Below, one piece after another: positions 1 through 8,336 of a stretch of DNA of 32,000 nt (position 1 is the stretch's first letter; each line of letters starts with the position of its first letter). Location: positions 1-32,000 of the forward strand of contig NZ_JAQFIQ010000020.1 in assembly GCF_029504745.1 (NCBI RefSeq), written 5' to 3'. The notes below the pieces were generated by a model, which did not search any database, was not told the origin of the DNA, and was given only the letters and a program-made list of their open reading frames with translations. Position numbers and translations under genes: made by a program. This DNA is from Breznakia sp. PF5-3 (lineage in GTDB: Bacteria > Bacillota_I > Bacilli_A > Erysipelotrichales > Erysipelotrichaceae).

Positions 1-94
1 TGAAGATTATGAGGATATACTGAAAGCATTCAATTTAAAAGAATTAGAGCCTGATGAAGTAACATTATCATCACTGCTATTTAAGAAGAAATAA
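1..94 (+). CDS. 3' end of an unidentified CDS entering from upstream of the window (...EDYEDILKAFNLKELEPDEVTLSSLLFKKK*)
   Basis: Frame 2 is open from the window edge to TAA at 92-94. Too short for a family assignment. Confidence 0.3.
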   Translation, partial: EDYEDILKAFNLKELEPDEVTLSSLLFKKK

Positions 95-275
95 ACGCTT
101 TTAAAAGCAAATCACATAAAGAAGAAACACTTTGTAAAGAAGCAATTACAAACAAACCAAATATAGAAGTAACTTAAAGAAATTTTTGATTATGAATAAA
201 TATTTGGGTTTTCATCATGTAACCTATTTATGTACACAATAGATTTGTCACTAATAAATCTTATTCTACAACAAA

Positions 276-314
276 AAACTTCCTGTACTAGTCGTCATAC
301 TGGAAGTTTCTTTC
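276..314 (+). terminator. Possible intrinsic terminator hairpin
   Basis: AAACTTCCTGTA (276-287) pairs with TACTGGAAGTTT (298-309), with one T-T mismatch and a 10-nt loop. A T-rich tail follows, then a second small hairpin plus T7 run (315-333). Confidence 0.35.
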
Positions 315-389
315 AGAATCATTCTGTTTTTTTAAAACTGGAATTTACTTTTTCAATTTACGATATACAATAATATATCATGTAAGGTA

Positions 390-398
390 TGGTATAAT
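390..398 (+). promoter_or_regulatory. Extended -10 promoter element (TGgTATAAT) upstream of the YciI-like gene
   Basis: TGn + TATAAT at 390-398, about 44 nt upstream of the ATG at 442. No good -35 seen. Confidence 0.3.
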
Positions 399-441
399 CT
401 TAATAAAGAAATCTATATTATGATTAGAAAGGTGTAAAGTT

Positions 442-741
442 ATGGATGCATGGTTATATGTAGTATTTATTGAAAAAGGAAAAGAATATAATAAACTTAC
501 TAAAGCAATTGTCGAAAGACATGTTGAGAACTTAAGAACTTTAGATGAGGATGGAAAATTAGAGTTTTGTGGTGTATTTAAAGGCTATCCAGGAGTAGCA
601 GGAATGTATATCTTAAAAGCTCAAAGCTATGAAGAAGCAGAAGCACTTTGCAAGTTAGAACCACTTGTAACAGAAGGGTTTGCAAAGTGTAAAATCAAAG
701 CTATTCAGGTAGCAAACAAAGAAAATAATTATCTATTATAA
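442..741 (+). CDS. YciI-like (YCII-related) small protein
   Basis: 99-aa ORF with SD AAAGGTG 7 nt upstream. Size and pattern (ERHVENLRTL..DGKL...G......GMYILKA.S.EEAEAL...EPLV..G) resemble the YciI family. Confidence 0.6.
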   Translation: MDAWLYVVFIEKGKEYNKLTKAIVERHVENLRTLDEDGKLEFCGVFKGYPGVAGMYILKAQSYEEAEALCKLEPLVTEGFAKCKIKAIQVANKENNYLL

Positions 742-757
742 AAAATTAAAAAAATAT

Positions 758-1420
758 ATGGAGGGATTTATGTTTGCTGTTAATACATTAGAAAAGATTG
801 AAGAAAATGAAAAAGCATTAAACAAAGAACATGTGATTGCTTTGTTATTGGTGAGACCAAGTTTAAATGGAGCACAAGAAATTATTAATGAGTTTAATTA
901 TATTCATTTTAATTCTAAAGAATATTGCTCTGTTTATGCTGTTGGATACTCAAATGATTTAAGTTGTCGTAATCAAAAACAATGGAAGAAAGTCAGTAAA
1001 GTGGATGGAATGGATTGGTACTACAGCGATGAAGAGTTTGTTAATTTAAAAAACAACTTGGAAAAACGTGTAAACTGGAAATATAGTGGAGAAATTGAAA
1101 TATTGCTTCTTCAAAGCAATCCCAAGGGAGAAAAGATTTTAAATTTTATGAATTATTTGGTAATTGATATTGATTATGGAATTAGAAAAGGATATATTGA
1201 TTCTTTTCCTAGGTTCATGGAATCTTTGGTTCGTTATTCGAAAAAAGAAGTAGAAGTTGTAGCGGTGAGTAGCAATTTAAAGAAATCTAGAATTAGTGTT
1301 AAAAACATTGTTGTAGATGTGATTGAAGATTGTAAAAAGATTCCAACAGGGATAAGAAAGATTATTAAAGATCGATTGTTTTATCGAACAAGTCGATCGT
1401 ATCCTAAAGATAAGTATTAA
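758..1420 (+). CDS. Hypothetical protein, no recognisable family
   Basis: 220-aa ORF lying 16 nt after the YciI-like gene. GGAGGG sits inside the first codons, so the true start may be the ATG at 770. No motif recognised. Confidence 0.55.
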   Translation: MEGFMFAVNTLEKIEENEKALNKEHVIALLLVRPSLNGAQEIINEFNYIHFNSKEYCSVYAVGYSNDLSCRNQKQWKKVSKVDGMDWYYSDEEFVNLKNNLEKRVNWKYSGEIEILLLQSNPKGEKILNFMNYLVIDIDYGIRKGYIDSFPRFMESLVRYSKKEVEVVAVSSNLKKSRISVKNIVVDVIEDCKKIPTGIRKIIKDRLFYRTSRSYPKDKY

Positions 1421-1589
1421 ATTAATAAAAGTAGGTATAACAATATATCTATTTTTTATTTTTAATGAACGAAATTACAATGAAAGTATACTAAATATAT
1501 ATAGGTAAAAAAATAATAATATAAGCTTATATTTAAGCAAACATTTAATTATTGAATGAGGTTTGTTTTTTTTATACAAGGAGGGCAAA

Positions 1590-2759
1590 ATGAAAAAAAC
1601 ATGGAAAGTAATAAGTGTTGTATTTACGTTGATAGTAGTATCTATGATAGGTAGTATGGTTGGTAATACAACAACGAAAGCAGCAGTTGGAGACATGGCA
1701 TTATCAGTAGGGGGAGGCTTTATATCAGATCCAAATGGCGAAATAGTGTTACATGGGTATGTATATCGTGAAGATGGGACATCAACACAAGATGCAATTG
1801 TGAACAATCCGATGGAGGGAGCAACGGTTGAAATATATGCAGGTTATTTATATTTAGATGATTATGATAATCAAACACCAATTTTGACAACCCAAACCAA
1901 TGCAGAAGGGTTATTTGTTGCAAAGTTAGTAGCAAATGAAAATGATCGAACAGCTTTTTCGTTTAAGATAAGTAAAGATGGAGAGAAAACAGTTTATTCG
2001 GGTGCTGCTTCAGGTGCATTTGCTTGGTGGTGGCCAAATATTAAACTTGAGACCAAAGGAGCAACCATCAATAAAAATGATGCTCTTAATTTGAATGACC
2101 TAATTGTAGGAACACCAACCTTTACATATGACACAAAAGAATTTGATAAAGATGTTGATCTTGGTGGAAATCGCAAACTGAAGTTTGTTCAGGAAATTGA
2201 TAGTAGTAAACTGAAAACAGATGTTGCAGGCGTATACCAAGTGACCATTACTTATAAAGTCAAGCATTTTAATAGTGTAGGGATATCGTTTCCAATTGGA
2301 GAATATATTGATACAAAAATTGAAACCCAAGTAGTTTATGTGACAGTTTTAGAAACTGAATCCACATCAGAAGTGTGGTATGTTGATGGAAACGGGAAAG
2401 AAATTGCGTCTAAAGAAAGTTATACGGGATTGATTGGATCAAAATTTGATTTTCCGATTAAAGAAATTAAAGGATACAAATATAAGGAAGTTCTTTATCC
2501 TTCATCAAGTTCAGAAGCGAAATTTGAGACTACAAATCAAGTAATCAAGGTTGTCTATACGAAGGTGAATGAACCGATTAGTAAACCAGATGTAGCAACG
2601 AAACAAGATAGTGATGCTAGCACATCATCCTCTATCAACAATAAAGATGTAAAAACTGGAGATGAGAGTAATTTAAATCATTTGTATGGTATGTTTACAA
2701 TGTCATTTGTTAGTTTGATGATACTAATATGGAATAGAAAAAGAAGTAAAAGTAAATAA
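1590..2759 (+). CDS. Cell-wall-anchored surface protein with MucBP-like domain and a variant sortase sorting signal
   Basis: The ATG at 1590 is preceded by AAGGAGGG; the track start at 1563 is a TTG extension. N-terminal signal peptide MKKTWKVISVVFTLIVVSMIG. MucBP-like segment EVWYVDGNGKEIASKESYTGLIGSKFDFPIKEIKGYKYKE...VIKVVYTK. C-terminus has DVKTGD, a hydrophobic stretch, then RKRSKSK. Confidence 0.75.
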   Translation: MKKTWKVISVVFTLIVVSMIGSMVGNTTTKAAVGDMALSVGGGFISDPNGEIVLHGYVYREDGTSTQDAIVNNPMEGATVEIYAGYLYLDDYDNQTPILTTQTNAEGLFVAKLVANENDRTAFSFKISKDGEKTVYSGAASGAFAWWWPNIKLETKGATINKNDALNLNDLIVGTPTFTYDTKEFDKDVDLGGNRKLKFVQEIDSSKLKTDVAGVYQVTITYKVKHFNSVGISFPIGEYIDTKIETQVVYVTVLETESTSEVWYVDGNGKEIASKESYTGLIGSKFDFPIKEIKGYKYKEVLYPSSSSEAKFETTNQVIKVVYTKVNEPISKPDVATKQDSDASTSSSINNKDVKTGDESNLNHLYGMFTMSFVSLMILIWNRKRSKSK

Positions 2760-2770
2760 GATATAAAAAT

Positions 2771-2797
2771 AAAAGTTCTACTCTTTGTAGAACTTTT
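2771..2797. terminator. Bidirectional intrinsic terminator between convergent genes
   Basis: Perfect 11-bp stem AAAAGTTCTAC / GTAGAACTTTT with loop TCTTT. A/T runs on both sides. Overlaps the stop codon of the minus-strand SIS gene. Confidence 0.7.
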
Positions 2798-3896
2798 ATT
2801 CATCTTCTTCTTTATGTGTTTTGCGATATTCTTTTGTGCGAAAATCAATTACTTTATTCATTTCGTAATAAAGTGGATGAGATTTTGTAGAGTTTAAATC
2901 TTTTGACATTTTTGCTGCAATCAATTCAAAGAATGGCAAATAATATAAACAACTAAAAGGTTCTTCACAAGTGTTTTCAACAGTTACAACACGTTTATTT
3001 GAAATACTTGAAGGTGTAATCATAAACACATTGTCACTCACCTTACAAAGTCCTTTATATACTTGTTGTGCATGATGACTTGTATGGTCATTATTATCGA
3101 CTACAAATGCTGTATATTTTGGCGATAATTGAAGTGCTGGACCGTGTAGGAATTCATCTTGTTCATAACCAACAGCTAAAACTTTCACAGCTTCTCCTAT
3201 TTTGAGAGCTCCCTCAAGGGCACTCCCATAGTTACTTCCACATCCCATTACATACACGCGATCCATTGTCATTAAACGTTTATAGTTTTTTTCAATGAAA
3301 ACTTCTGTTTTATCACATACTTCTTTGTGAATTTTCATCGCTTTTTTTATTTGTTGAAGACAGTGATCAACTTGATTTGAACGTTGTAATCGTTTTGCAC
3401 TATATGCAGCAAATAATTGTAAATATACAATAAGTGTTACAACTCCTAAGGTTACAAAGCCAACCGTTTCAATACCACAACCCCAATCAAATACTTTTGT
3501 AGCATATTTTTTTGCGTCACTGTTGATATCACTAGTTAAGACATAAGCATTCATATTTTTGTCTTTGAGAGCTTGTAATGCATCAATACAATTTGTGCTT
3601 GCACCACTTTGTGAGATAACTAAGACAAAATCATCCTCCTTTACACTGTGAATATCGTAGTTTGTGAAAGTATAAGGGTTTATTACACTTGTTGGTATTT
3701 GCAATGTTTCTTTTAAATAGGTACGTGCACAGTGGGCAGCAGTATAACTTGATCCAGAAGCAACTAGCATAATTTGTTTGTATTCTTTTTCACAAAATGC
3801 ATCAACGATATCTTTCACTAATGCGTTTGGGTCTTTTAGATTTTCTAAAACTACTTTTGGTGTTCCATAAATATAATTTTCCATTGTTAGTGTCAT
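2796..3896 (-). CDS. SIS-domain sugar-phosphate isomerase/deglycase paralog (two-SIS, GlmS-isomerase-like)
   Basis: SIS motifs VASGSSY and VISQSGASTN. Paralogous to the ORF at 5619-6749. AGGAGG (3909-3904) lies 7 nt from the ATG at 3896 but only 1 nt from the track start at 3902, so 3896 is preferred. Confidence 0.8.
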   Translation of the reverse strand: MTLTMENYIYGTPKVVLENLKDPNALVKDIVDAFCEKEYKQIMLVASGSSYTAAHCARTYLKETLQIPTSVINPYTFTNYDIHSVKEDDFVLVISQSGASTNCIDALQALKDKNMNAYVLTSDINSDAKKYATKVFDWGCGIETVGFVTLGVVTLIVYLQLFAAYSAKRLQRSNQVDHCLQQIKKAMKIHKEVCDKTEVFIEKNYKRLMTMDRVYVMGCGSNYGSALEGALKIGEAVKVLAVGYEQDEFLHGPALQLSPKYTAFVVDNNDHTSHHAQQVYKGLCKVSDNVFMITPSSISNKRVVTVENTCEEPFSCLYYLPFFELIAAKMSKDLNSTKSHPLYYEMNKVIDFRTKEYRKTHKEEDE

Positions 3897-3909
3897 TTGC
3901 ATACCTCCT

Positions 3910-4965
3910 CTATATAGTTACTGTATGTTTTGATACGCCAATAGGGGTATCAGGATTATATCCTCTAGCAAGGGCTAATAAGCATGAGAACATCTGTGCT
4001 ACAACAGCGCTAGCGAAAACTGCTTGAATACCATCGTATATATTTGGAATCATGATTTTATAGTCCCCAAGTTTACTGATTTCTTCATCATTTGTAACAA
4101 TCAACGATAAGATGTTTTTTTCCTTTTTTAAACGGTCATGCAACTGCACAATCGAATCATTTGTTTTCTTGTCAGCGATAAAGAAAATGGTTGGAATAAA
4201 TGATGTGGCTGTTGCGATTGGACCATGTTGATAATCACTGCTTGCATAACATCTAGCATCTAAATAGCTAGTCTCTTGAATTTTTAATTCTGCTTCTTCA
4301 CATAAGCCATATAACAAACCTCTACCAAACAGTAATAAACGTTCACTGTTTCTAAAGATTGGGATGATGGCTTTTACCTGATTTTCTAAAGTGTATGCAT
4401 CTTTTACGACATTCGCTAATGTATCAAGCGAATCGATTAAGCCTTGGTCTTTTGACAGGTATGCTGCTAATGCAGTGACTAAGGTAAGTTGTGTAATGTA
4501 AGATTTCGCTGCAGTAATACTTTCTTCAACACCGCATTCATTATTTAAGCGATAATCTCCAATAGTAGACATTAAAGAATCTCTTTCATTGGTGATGGAA
4601 ACACAAATACCACCATCTTTTACACACTTTTCCATAACCATATAGCAATCTTTTGCTGCTCCAGATTGAGAAATTCCAACAACGAGTGCATTTTGGTAGT
4701 TGGTTTTTCCATTGTAACAAGTAACAACAGAAGGGGTAGCGGTGCTAGCAATCATATCAGAATATATTTCGATTAAGTATTTACCAACTTTTGCAGCATG
4801 ATCACTACTTCCTCTAGCGGCGAATACCACTGTTTTTATTCCGCGCTTATGAACTTCATCAGCAATTTTTTTAATATGTGGAAGATTGATTTGTAAACAA
4901 TTTTTAATACATACATCTTGTTCGTGAATCTCTTTCCAAAGTTTTGATGTTTCTAAACGAATCAT
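3910..4965 (-). CDS. SIS-domain protein, AgaS/GlmS-C-terminal-like (aminosugar-6-P deaminase/isomerase type)
   Basis: Motifs AARGSSDHAA and GISQSGAAKD. C-terminal DTPIGVSKHTVTI resembles the GlmS/AgaS tail. The start overlaps the upstream HAD stop (ATGA), and AAGGAG lies 8 nt upstream. Confidence 0.8.
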   Translation of the reverse strand: MIRLETSKLWKEIHEQDVCIKNCLQINLPHIKKIADEVHKRGIKTVVFAARGSSDHAAKVGKYLIEIYSDMIASTATPSVVTCYNGKTNYQNALVVGISQSGAAKDCYMVMEKCVKDGGICVSITNERDSLMSTIGDYRLNNECGVEESITAAKSYITQLTLVTALAAYLSKDQGLIDSLDTLANVVKDAYTLENQVKAIIPIFRNSERLLLFGRGLLYGLCEEAELKIQETSYLDARCYASSDYQHGPIATATSFIPTIFFIADKKTNDSIVQLHDRLKKEKNILSLIVTNDEEISKLGDYKIMIPNIYDGIQAVFASAVVAQMFSCLLALARGYNPDTPIGVSKHTVTI

Positions 4966-5618
4966 GTATTTATCTCCTTTATAATGTCAATTATTTCTAT
5001 TAAATTTATAACTTTATAATCTGCTTTTTCTTGATTATAAGAAAAACGATTATCATATTTTGCAATGCAAGTTAAACCAGCTCGCTTTGCTGCTTCAATC
5101 CCATATTCACTATCTTCAATAGCAATGCATTCATAATCTTTAAGGTTTAGATGTTGTACACAAGTTATATATATTTCAGGGTTTGGCTTGGATTCCTTAA
5201 ACATATTACCACTCATGATGTCATCAAAATAGGGGGTTAGATTGCATGTTCGCAACACTTCATTGATATTTTCAACACTAGAACTTGATGCAATCATCGT
5301 TTTAAACCCTTTTGCTTTTATCCATTTCAATACATCTTTAACCTCGGGATCAAGAAGTTTTGTATAATCTATAGGATTTTGTTTATAAAAGGTATTTAAC
5401 TTTGTTTCAAAGGTTTCATAAGGTATTCCATTTGCATTCATGATGGGGGTTAAAACAGCTTTTTGTTGGACGTGATTCCCACCAGCTAATGGATAGAGTT
5501 GTTCTTTGTTAAGTGAAATTTGAAATTCTTTTTCTGCCATATCTATGATTTGCTGCATATAAAAGATTTCACTGTCAATGATAACTCCATCCAAGTCAAA
5601 GATAATGGCTCTAATCAT
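4962..5618 (-). CDS. HAD-superfamily sugar phosphatase (beta-phosphoglucomutase-like subfamily)
   Basis: HAD motifs FDLDGVIIDSE, ASSSS, KPNPEIY and IEDSEYG. The start abuts the stop of the upstream SIS gene (TAAATG). Confidence 0.85.
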   Translation of the reverse strand: MIRAIIFDLDGVIIDSEIFYMQQIIDMAEKEFQISLNKEQLYPLAGGNHVQQKAVLTPIMNANGIPYETFETKLNTFYKQNPIDYTKLLDPEVKDVLKWIKAKGFKTMIASSSSVENINEVLRTCNLTPYFDDIMSGNMFKESKPNPEIYITCVQHLNLKDYECIAIEDSEYGIEAAKRAGLTCIAKYDNRFSYNQEKADYKVINLIEIIDIIKEINT

Positions 5619-6749
5619 TTAAACTACCTTTTTTGCGCTGTTTGATTCAGGCATAATATCTTTAATGGTATCGGTTTTTAATGAAATGTGTTCATTAAAA
5701 TCGTTGTATAGAGGGTGTTTTTCCCATCGGTTTAACTCTTCTGTGATATAGTATGCGAATAATTGGAAACAAGGGAGTACATAAAGAGGGGATAATAATG
5801 GTTCTTTCACTTCAAAAGGAATGTGTAATGTATGGTCATCTTCTTTTCTTGTTGAAACAAGGAAGGCTCTATCACTTACATATCTAGTGGCTTTATAAAT
5901 TTCTAATAAACGATCACTTCCTTGATCAAGGTCATCAATTAACAAAATGGTATAATTTGGTGTTAACTGCAAGTTAGGACCATGGATGTATTCTTCAGCT
6001 TCATATACAAAACTTGGGATTTGAACGGTTTCTCCAATTTTAAGAGCACTTTCGTTAGCAATTCCTAGACCTTGCGAGAACCCAACACTATAACATACAC
6101 TCATAGCAGTTAGAGCTTTTCTATGTAGTTTGTAGAACGCATTTGTTTGCTCTTGCATTTGCTTGTGATAAACAGGTGTTTTTTTCATTTCTTCAAGCAC
6201 AGAGTCATATACGTTGGTTTCAATTTTTTTAGTTGCTAAAGCAGCTTCTAAAGCGAATAGCATTAAGAACTCTGCTAAGGTAGTTACACCTTTTGTAACG
6301 TAACCAACCGATTCTACTCCAACTCCATAATCAATCATTGGGTCTGCATAATCTTTGAAATCAGAATTGGCATTACCAGTGATTCCAATTGGATTATATC
6401 CCATAGTTTTTAATTTTTTTAACGCATCAATCGAATTGGTTGAACAACCGCTTTGAGAGATGACCATCGCAAAATCATTTTCTTTCAACTTATCTTCACC
6501 AAAGTTAAATGTACTTGGGGTTACGATTTTCACATCACAGTTCAAATACTTCATCATAAATGGCTTTGCACAACTACTACCATTAGAACTAGAGCCAGAA
6601 GCAATGATCCAGATAGTATCATATTCTTTAGCAGTATACAGATCCACCATTGTTTTTGTAAGAGCTTTACGATTCTGAATGTTCTTTTCGATCTGTTCAG
6701 GTGTCTCTTTAATATAAGTAAGCATCGTAGGTTTGTTGTTTGTTTTCAT
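5619..6749 (-). CDS. SIS-domain sugar-phosphate isomerase/deglycase paralog; first gene of the minus-strand operon
   Basis: Motifs ASGSSSNG and VISQSGCSTN, plus a second SIS half. AGGAGG lies 5 nt upstream of the ATG. Confidence 0.8.
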   Translation of the reverse strand: MKTNNKPTMLTYIKETPEQIEKNIQNRKALTKTMVDLYTAKEYDTIWIIASGSSSNGSSCAKPFMMKYLNCDVKIVTPSTFNFGEDKLKENDFAMVISQSGCSTNSIDALKKLKTMGYNPIGITGNANSDFKDYADPMIDYGVGVESVGYVTKGVTTLAEFLMLFALEAALATKKIETNVYDSVLEEMKKTPVYHKQMQEQTNAFYKLHRKALTAMSVCYSVGFSQGLGIANESALKIGETVQIPSFVYEAEEYIHGPNLQLTPNYTILLIDDLDQGSDRLLEIYKATRYVSDRAFLVSTRKEDDHTLHIPFEVKEPLLSPLYVLPCFQLFAYYITEELNRWEKHPLYNDFNEHISLKTDTIKDIMPESNSAKKVV

Positions 6750-6804
6750 ATAGTCCTCCTTATTACAATGTCAACAAAAATTATAATAACAATATTACAA
6801 ATAT

Positions 6805-6813
6805 ATTATATCA
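6805..6813 (-). promoter_or_regulatory. Candidate extended -10 (TGATATAAT on minus strand) for the SIS/HAD operon
   Basis: The reverse complement of 6805-6813 reads TGATATAAT. It lies about 55 nt upstream of the start at 6749. No convincing -35. Confidence 0.3.
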
Positions 6814-6979
6814 AACTAATTACAAAAGGGAAGATATGAATTTAAAAAAATCGAACAAATAATCTAGATATTGTAAATAAACCTTTAAAATAAAGGTTAT
6901 AGTCATATTTTAATAAAGTCAAAACAGAAAATATGTTATATTCAAAATTAAAAATAATTAATAAATTTGTAATAACATA

Positions 6980-7008
6980 TTGACAAATTGTCATGACAAA
7001 GTTATTCT
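6980..7008 (+). promoter_or_regulatory. Sigma-A-type promoter of the PTS/FrlB-like/fusion operon
   Basis: TTGACA (6980-6985), 17-nt spacer, TATTCT (7003-7008). Lies about 45 nt upstream of the EIIB start. Confidence 0.5.
6981..6999. promoter_or_regulatory. Overlapping palindromes TGACAA-A-TTGTCA-TGACAA; putative GntR/HutC operator inside the promoter spacer
   Basis: 6981-6993 is a perfect 6-1-6 inverted repeat. 6988-6999 is a perfect 12-bp palindrome TTGTCATGACAA. A further TGTCA lies at 7011-7015. Confidence 0.45.
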
Positions 7009-7052
7009 AATGTCATAAGGTACCTTTAAACAACTGAGAGAGGTGATAATGT

Positions 7053-7526
7053 ATGACAGAACCAAATATTGTGTTTGCACGAATTGACAATCGTTTGGTG
7101 CATGGACAAGTTGGTAACTCTTGGGTTGGAGCTGTAAATTGTAATTTGATTGTAGTTGCAGATGATCAATGTGCGGAAGATAAAATTCAACAATCATTAA
7201 TGAAGATGACAGCCGATTCGGCAGGAGTAGGAATTCGTTTTTTCACATTACAAAAAACAATTGATGTAATTCATAAAGCGAATGCGAATCAACATATTTT
7301 TATTGTGTGTCAAAATCCTGATTCAATGCGTAAATTGATTGAAGGTGGCGTACCAATTAAAGCAGTAAACGTTGGTAATATGCACGTGAAGCCAGGTAAA
7401 AAAGTTTATCATGAAGCACATGTATATGTAGACGATAAGGATTTAGAAGATTTTGAAGCTATGAAGAGTAAAGGGGCAGAAGTATATATTCAAATTGCTC
7501 CAGGAGACAAAAAATATAAAATTTAG
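7053..7526 (+). CDS. PTS mannose/fructose/sorbose-family EIIB component
   Basis: N-terminal ARIDNRLVHGQV, the phospho-His motif of Man-family EIIB. About 157 aa. SD AGGTGA. Confidence 0.9.
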   Translation: MTEPNIVFARIDNRLVHGQVGNSWVGAVNCNLIVVADDQCAEDKIQQSLMKMTADSAGVGIRFFTLQKTIDVIHKANANQHIFIVCQNPDSMRKLIEGGVPIKAVNVGNMHVKPGKKVYHEAHVYVDDKDLEDFEAMKSKGAEVYIQIAPGDKKYKI

Positions 7527-7541
7527 ATAGGGGGAATTACT

Positions 7542-8336
7542 ATGGAAATAACACTATTTCAAGGTTTAATGTTAACCGTTGTTGGGTTTATATGTGGTTT
7601 AGATCAGTGTTGGGAAGCATTCTTTTGGTTTCGACCAATGGTTGTTTCTTTCTTAGCAGGTATTGTCTTAGGTGATGTGCAGCTAGGAGTGGCATGTGGA
7701 GCAGTAGCAGAATTATCATACTTAGGACTATTGAGTGTAGGAGGTACCGTACCTCCAGATCCATTAATGGCTGGTATGATGACAGTGGTCATTGCATACA
7801 CGACTGGTCAATCCGCAGAAACGGCAATCGGACTTTCACTACCATTTGCTTTATTAGCACAATGGATGGGAATTTTCTTCAACACTGTATATGTGGGGAT
7901 TGCTCATAGATGTGATAAATTGGCAGCTGAAGGGGATGCTAATGGATTTAAAAGAATTGTATATGCAGGGATATTAATTAAAACATCAGCGATTGCATTG
8001 CTTGTATTCTTATGTACATATGCATTGCAAGCTCCGATTCAATCTTTTGTAAATACATTCCCAGAAGAATTGATTCACGGGTTTGAAATTGCTGGAGGAT
8101 TATTACCTGCAATTGGTTTAGGTTTACTTTTGATGGTTACTTTGAAGAAAGAAAATGCACCATATTTATTCTTAGGATTTATTATGGCAACATTCTTAGT
8201 AATGCCAAATGTAATGCCAATTGCGATTGTCGGTGTTTGTTTAGCATTTATTAATTACATGTATGAAAAGAAAATTGATAATGCATCTGCAACGGTAACA
8301 GTAAATGATATTGGAGGTGAAGAAAATGGCATCTAG
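7542..8336 (+). CDS. PTS mannose-family EIIC component
   Basis: 264-aa polytopic membrane protein in the Man-family IIC position. Glycine-rich segments resemble the second-locus IIC. Confidence 0.9.
   Translation: MEITLFQGLMLTVVGFICGLDQCWEAFFWFRPMVVSFLAGIVLGDVQLGVACGAVAELSYLGLLSVGGTVPPDPLMAGMMTVVIAYTTGQSAETAIGLSLPFALLAQWMGIFFNTVYVGIAHRCDKLAAEGDANGFKRIVYAGILIKTSAIALLVFLCTYALQAPIQSFVNTFPEELIHGFEIAGGLLPAIGLGLLLMVTLKKENAPYLFLGFIMATFLVMPNVMPIAIVGVCLAFINYMYEKKIDNASATVTVNDIGGEENGI

Noticed and set aside
1475-2330. Minus-strand ORFs (1475-1807, 1720-1935, 1994-2176, 2100-2330) overlapping the surface-protein gene
   Set aside because: They are antisense to a well-supported CDS with a signal peptide, MucBP domain and sorting signal. 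Their sequences are low-complexity and AT-codon driven, and they have no SD. They are typical shadow ORFs.
6763-6774. TTGACA on the minus strand considered as the -35 of the SIS/HAD operon
   Set aside because: It lies only about 8 nt from the SD and about 20 nt from the start codon, too close to be a -35. It is treated instead as a possible operator half-site related to the 6981-6999 array.
6453-6839. Plus-strand ORFs (6453-6839, 6460-6678), and similar shadow ORFs elsewhere (3797-4027, 7604-7909, 8337-9005, 9663-9965, 11395-11893, 12991-13191, 15574-15994, 19076-19294, 20196-20593, 21111-21608, 22719-22946, 23863-24087, 26627-26827, 27410-27598, 28892-29119, 6991-7197)
   Set aside because: Each lies antisense to, or out of frame within, a CDS with clear family motifs. 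None has a convincing SD or recognisable motifs.
6750-7052. Search for a sigma-54 (-24/-12) promoter and cre (CcpA) boxes in both PTS control regions (also 20510-20637 and 21367-21461)
   Set aside because: I found no TGGCAC-N5-TTGCA-like element and no good match to TGWAANCGNTNWCA. The nearest cre-like string (TGATTTCGTAAAAG, about 20529-20542) mismatches at five consensus positions. Absence by eye is not proof.
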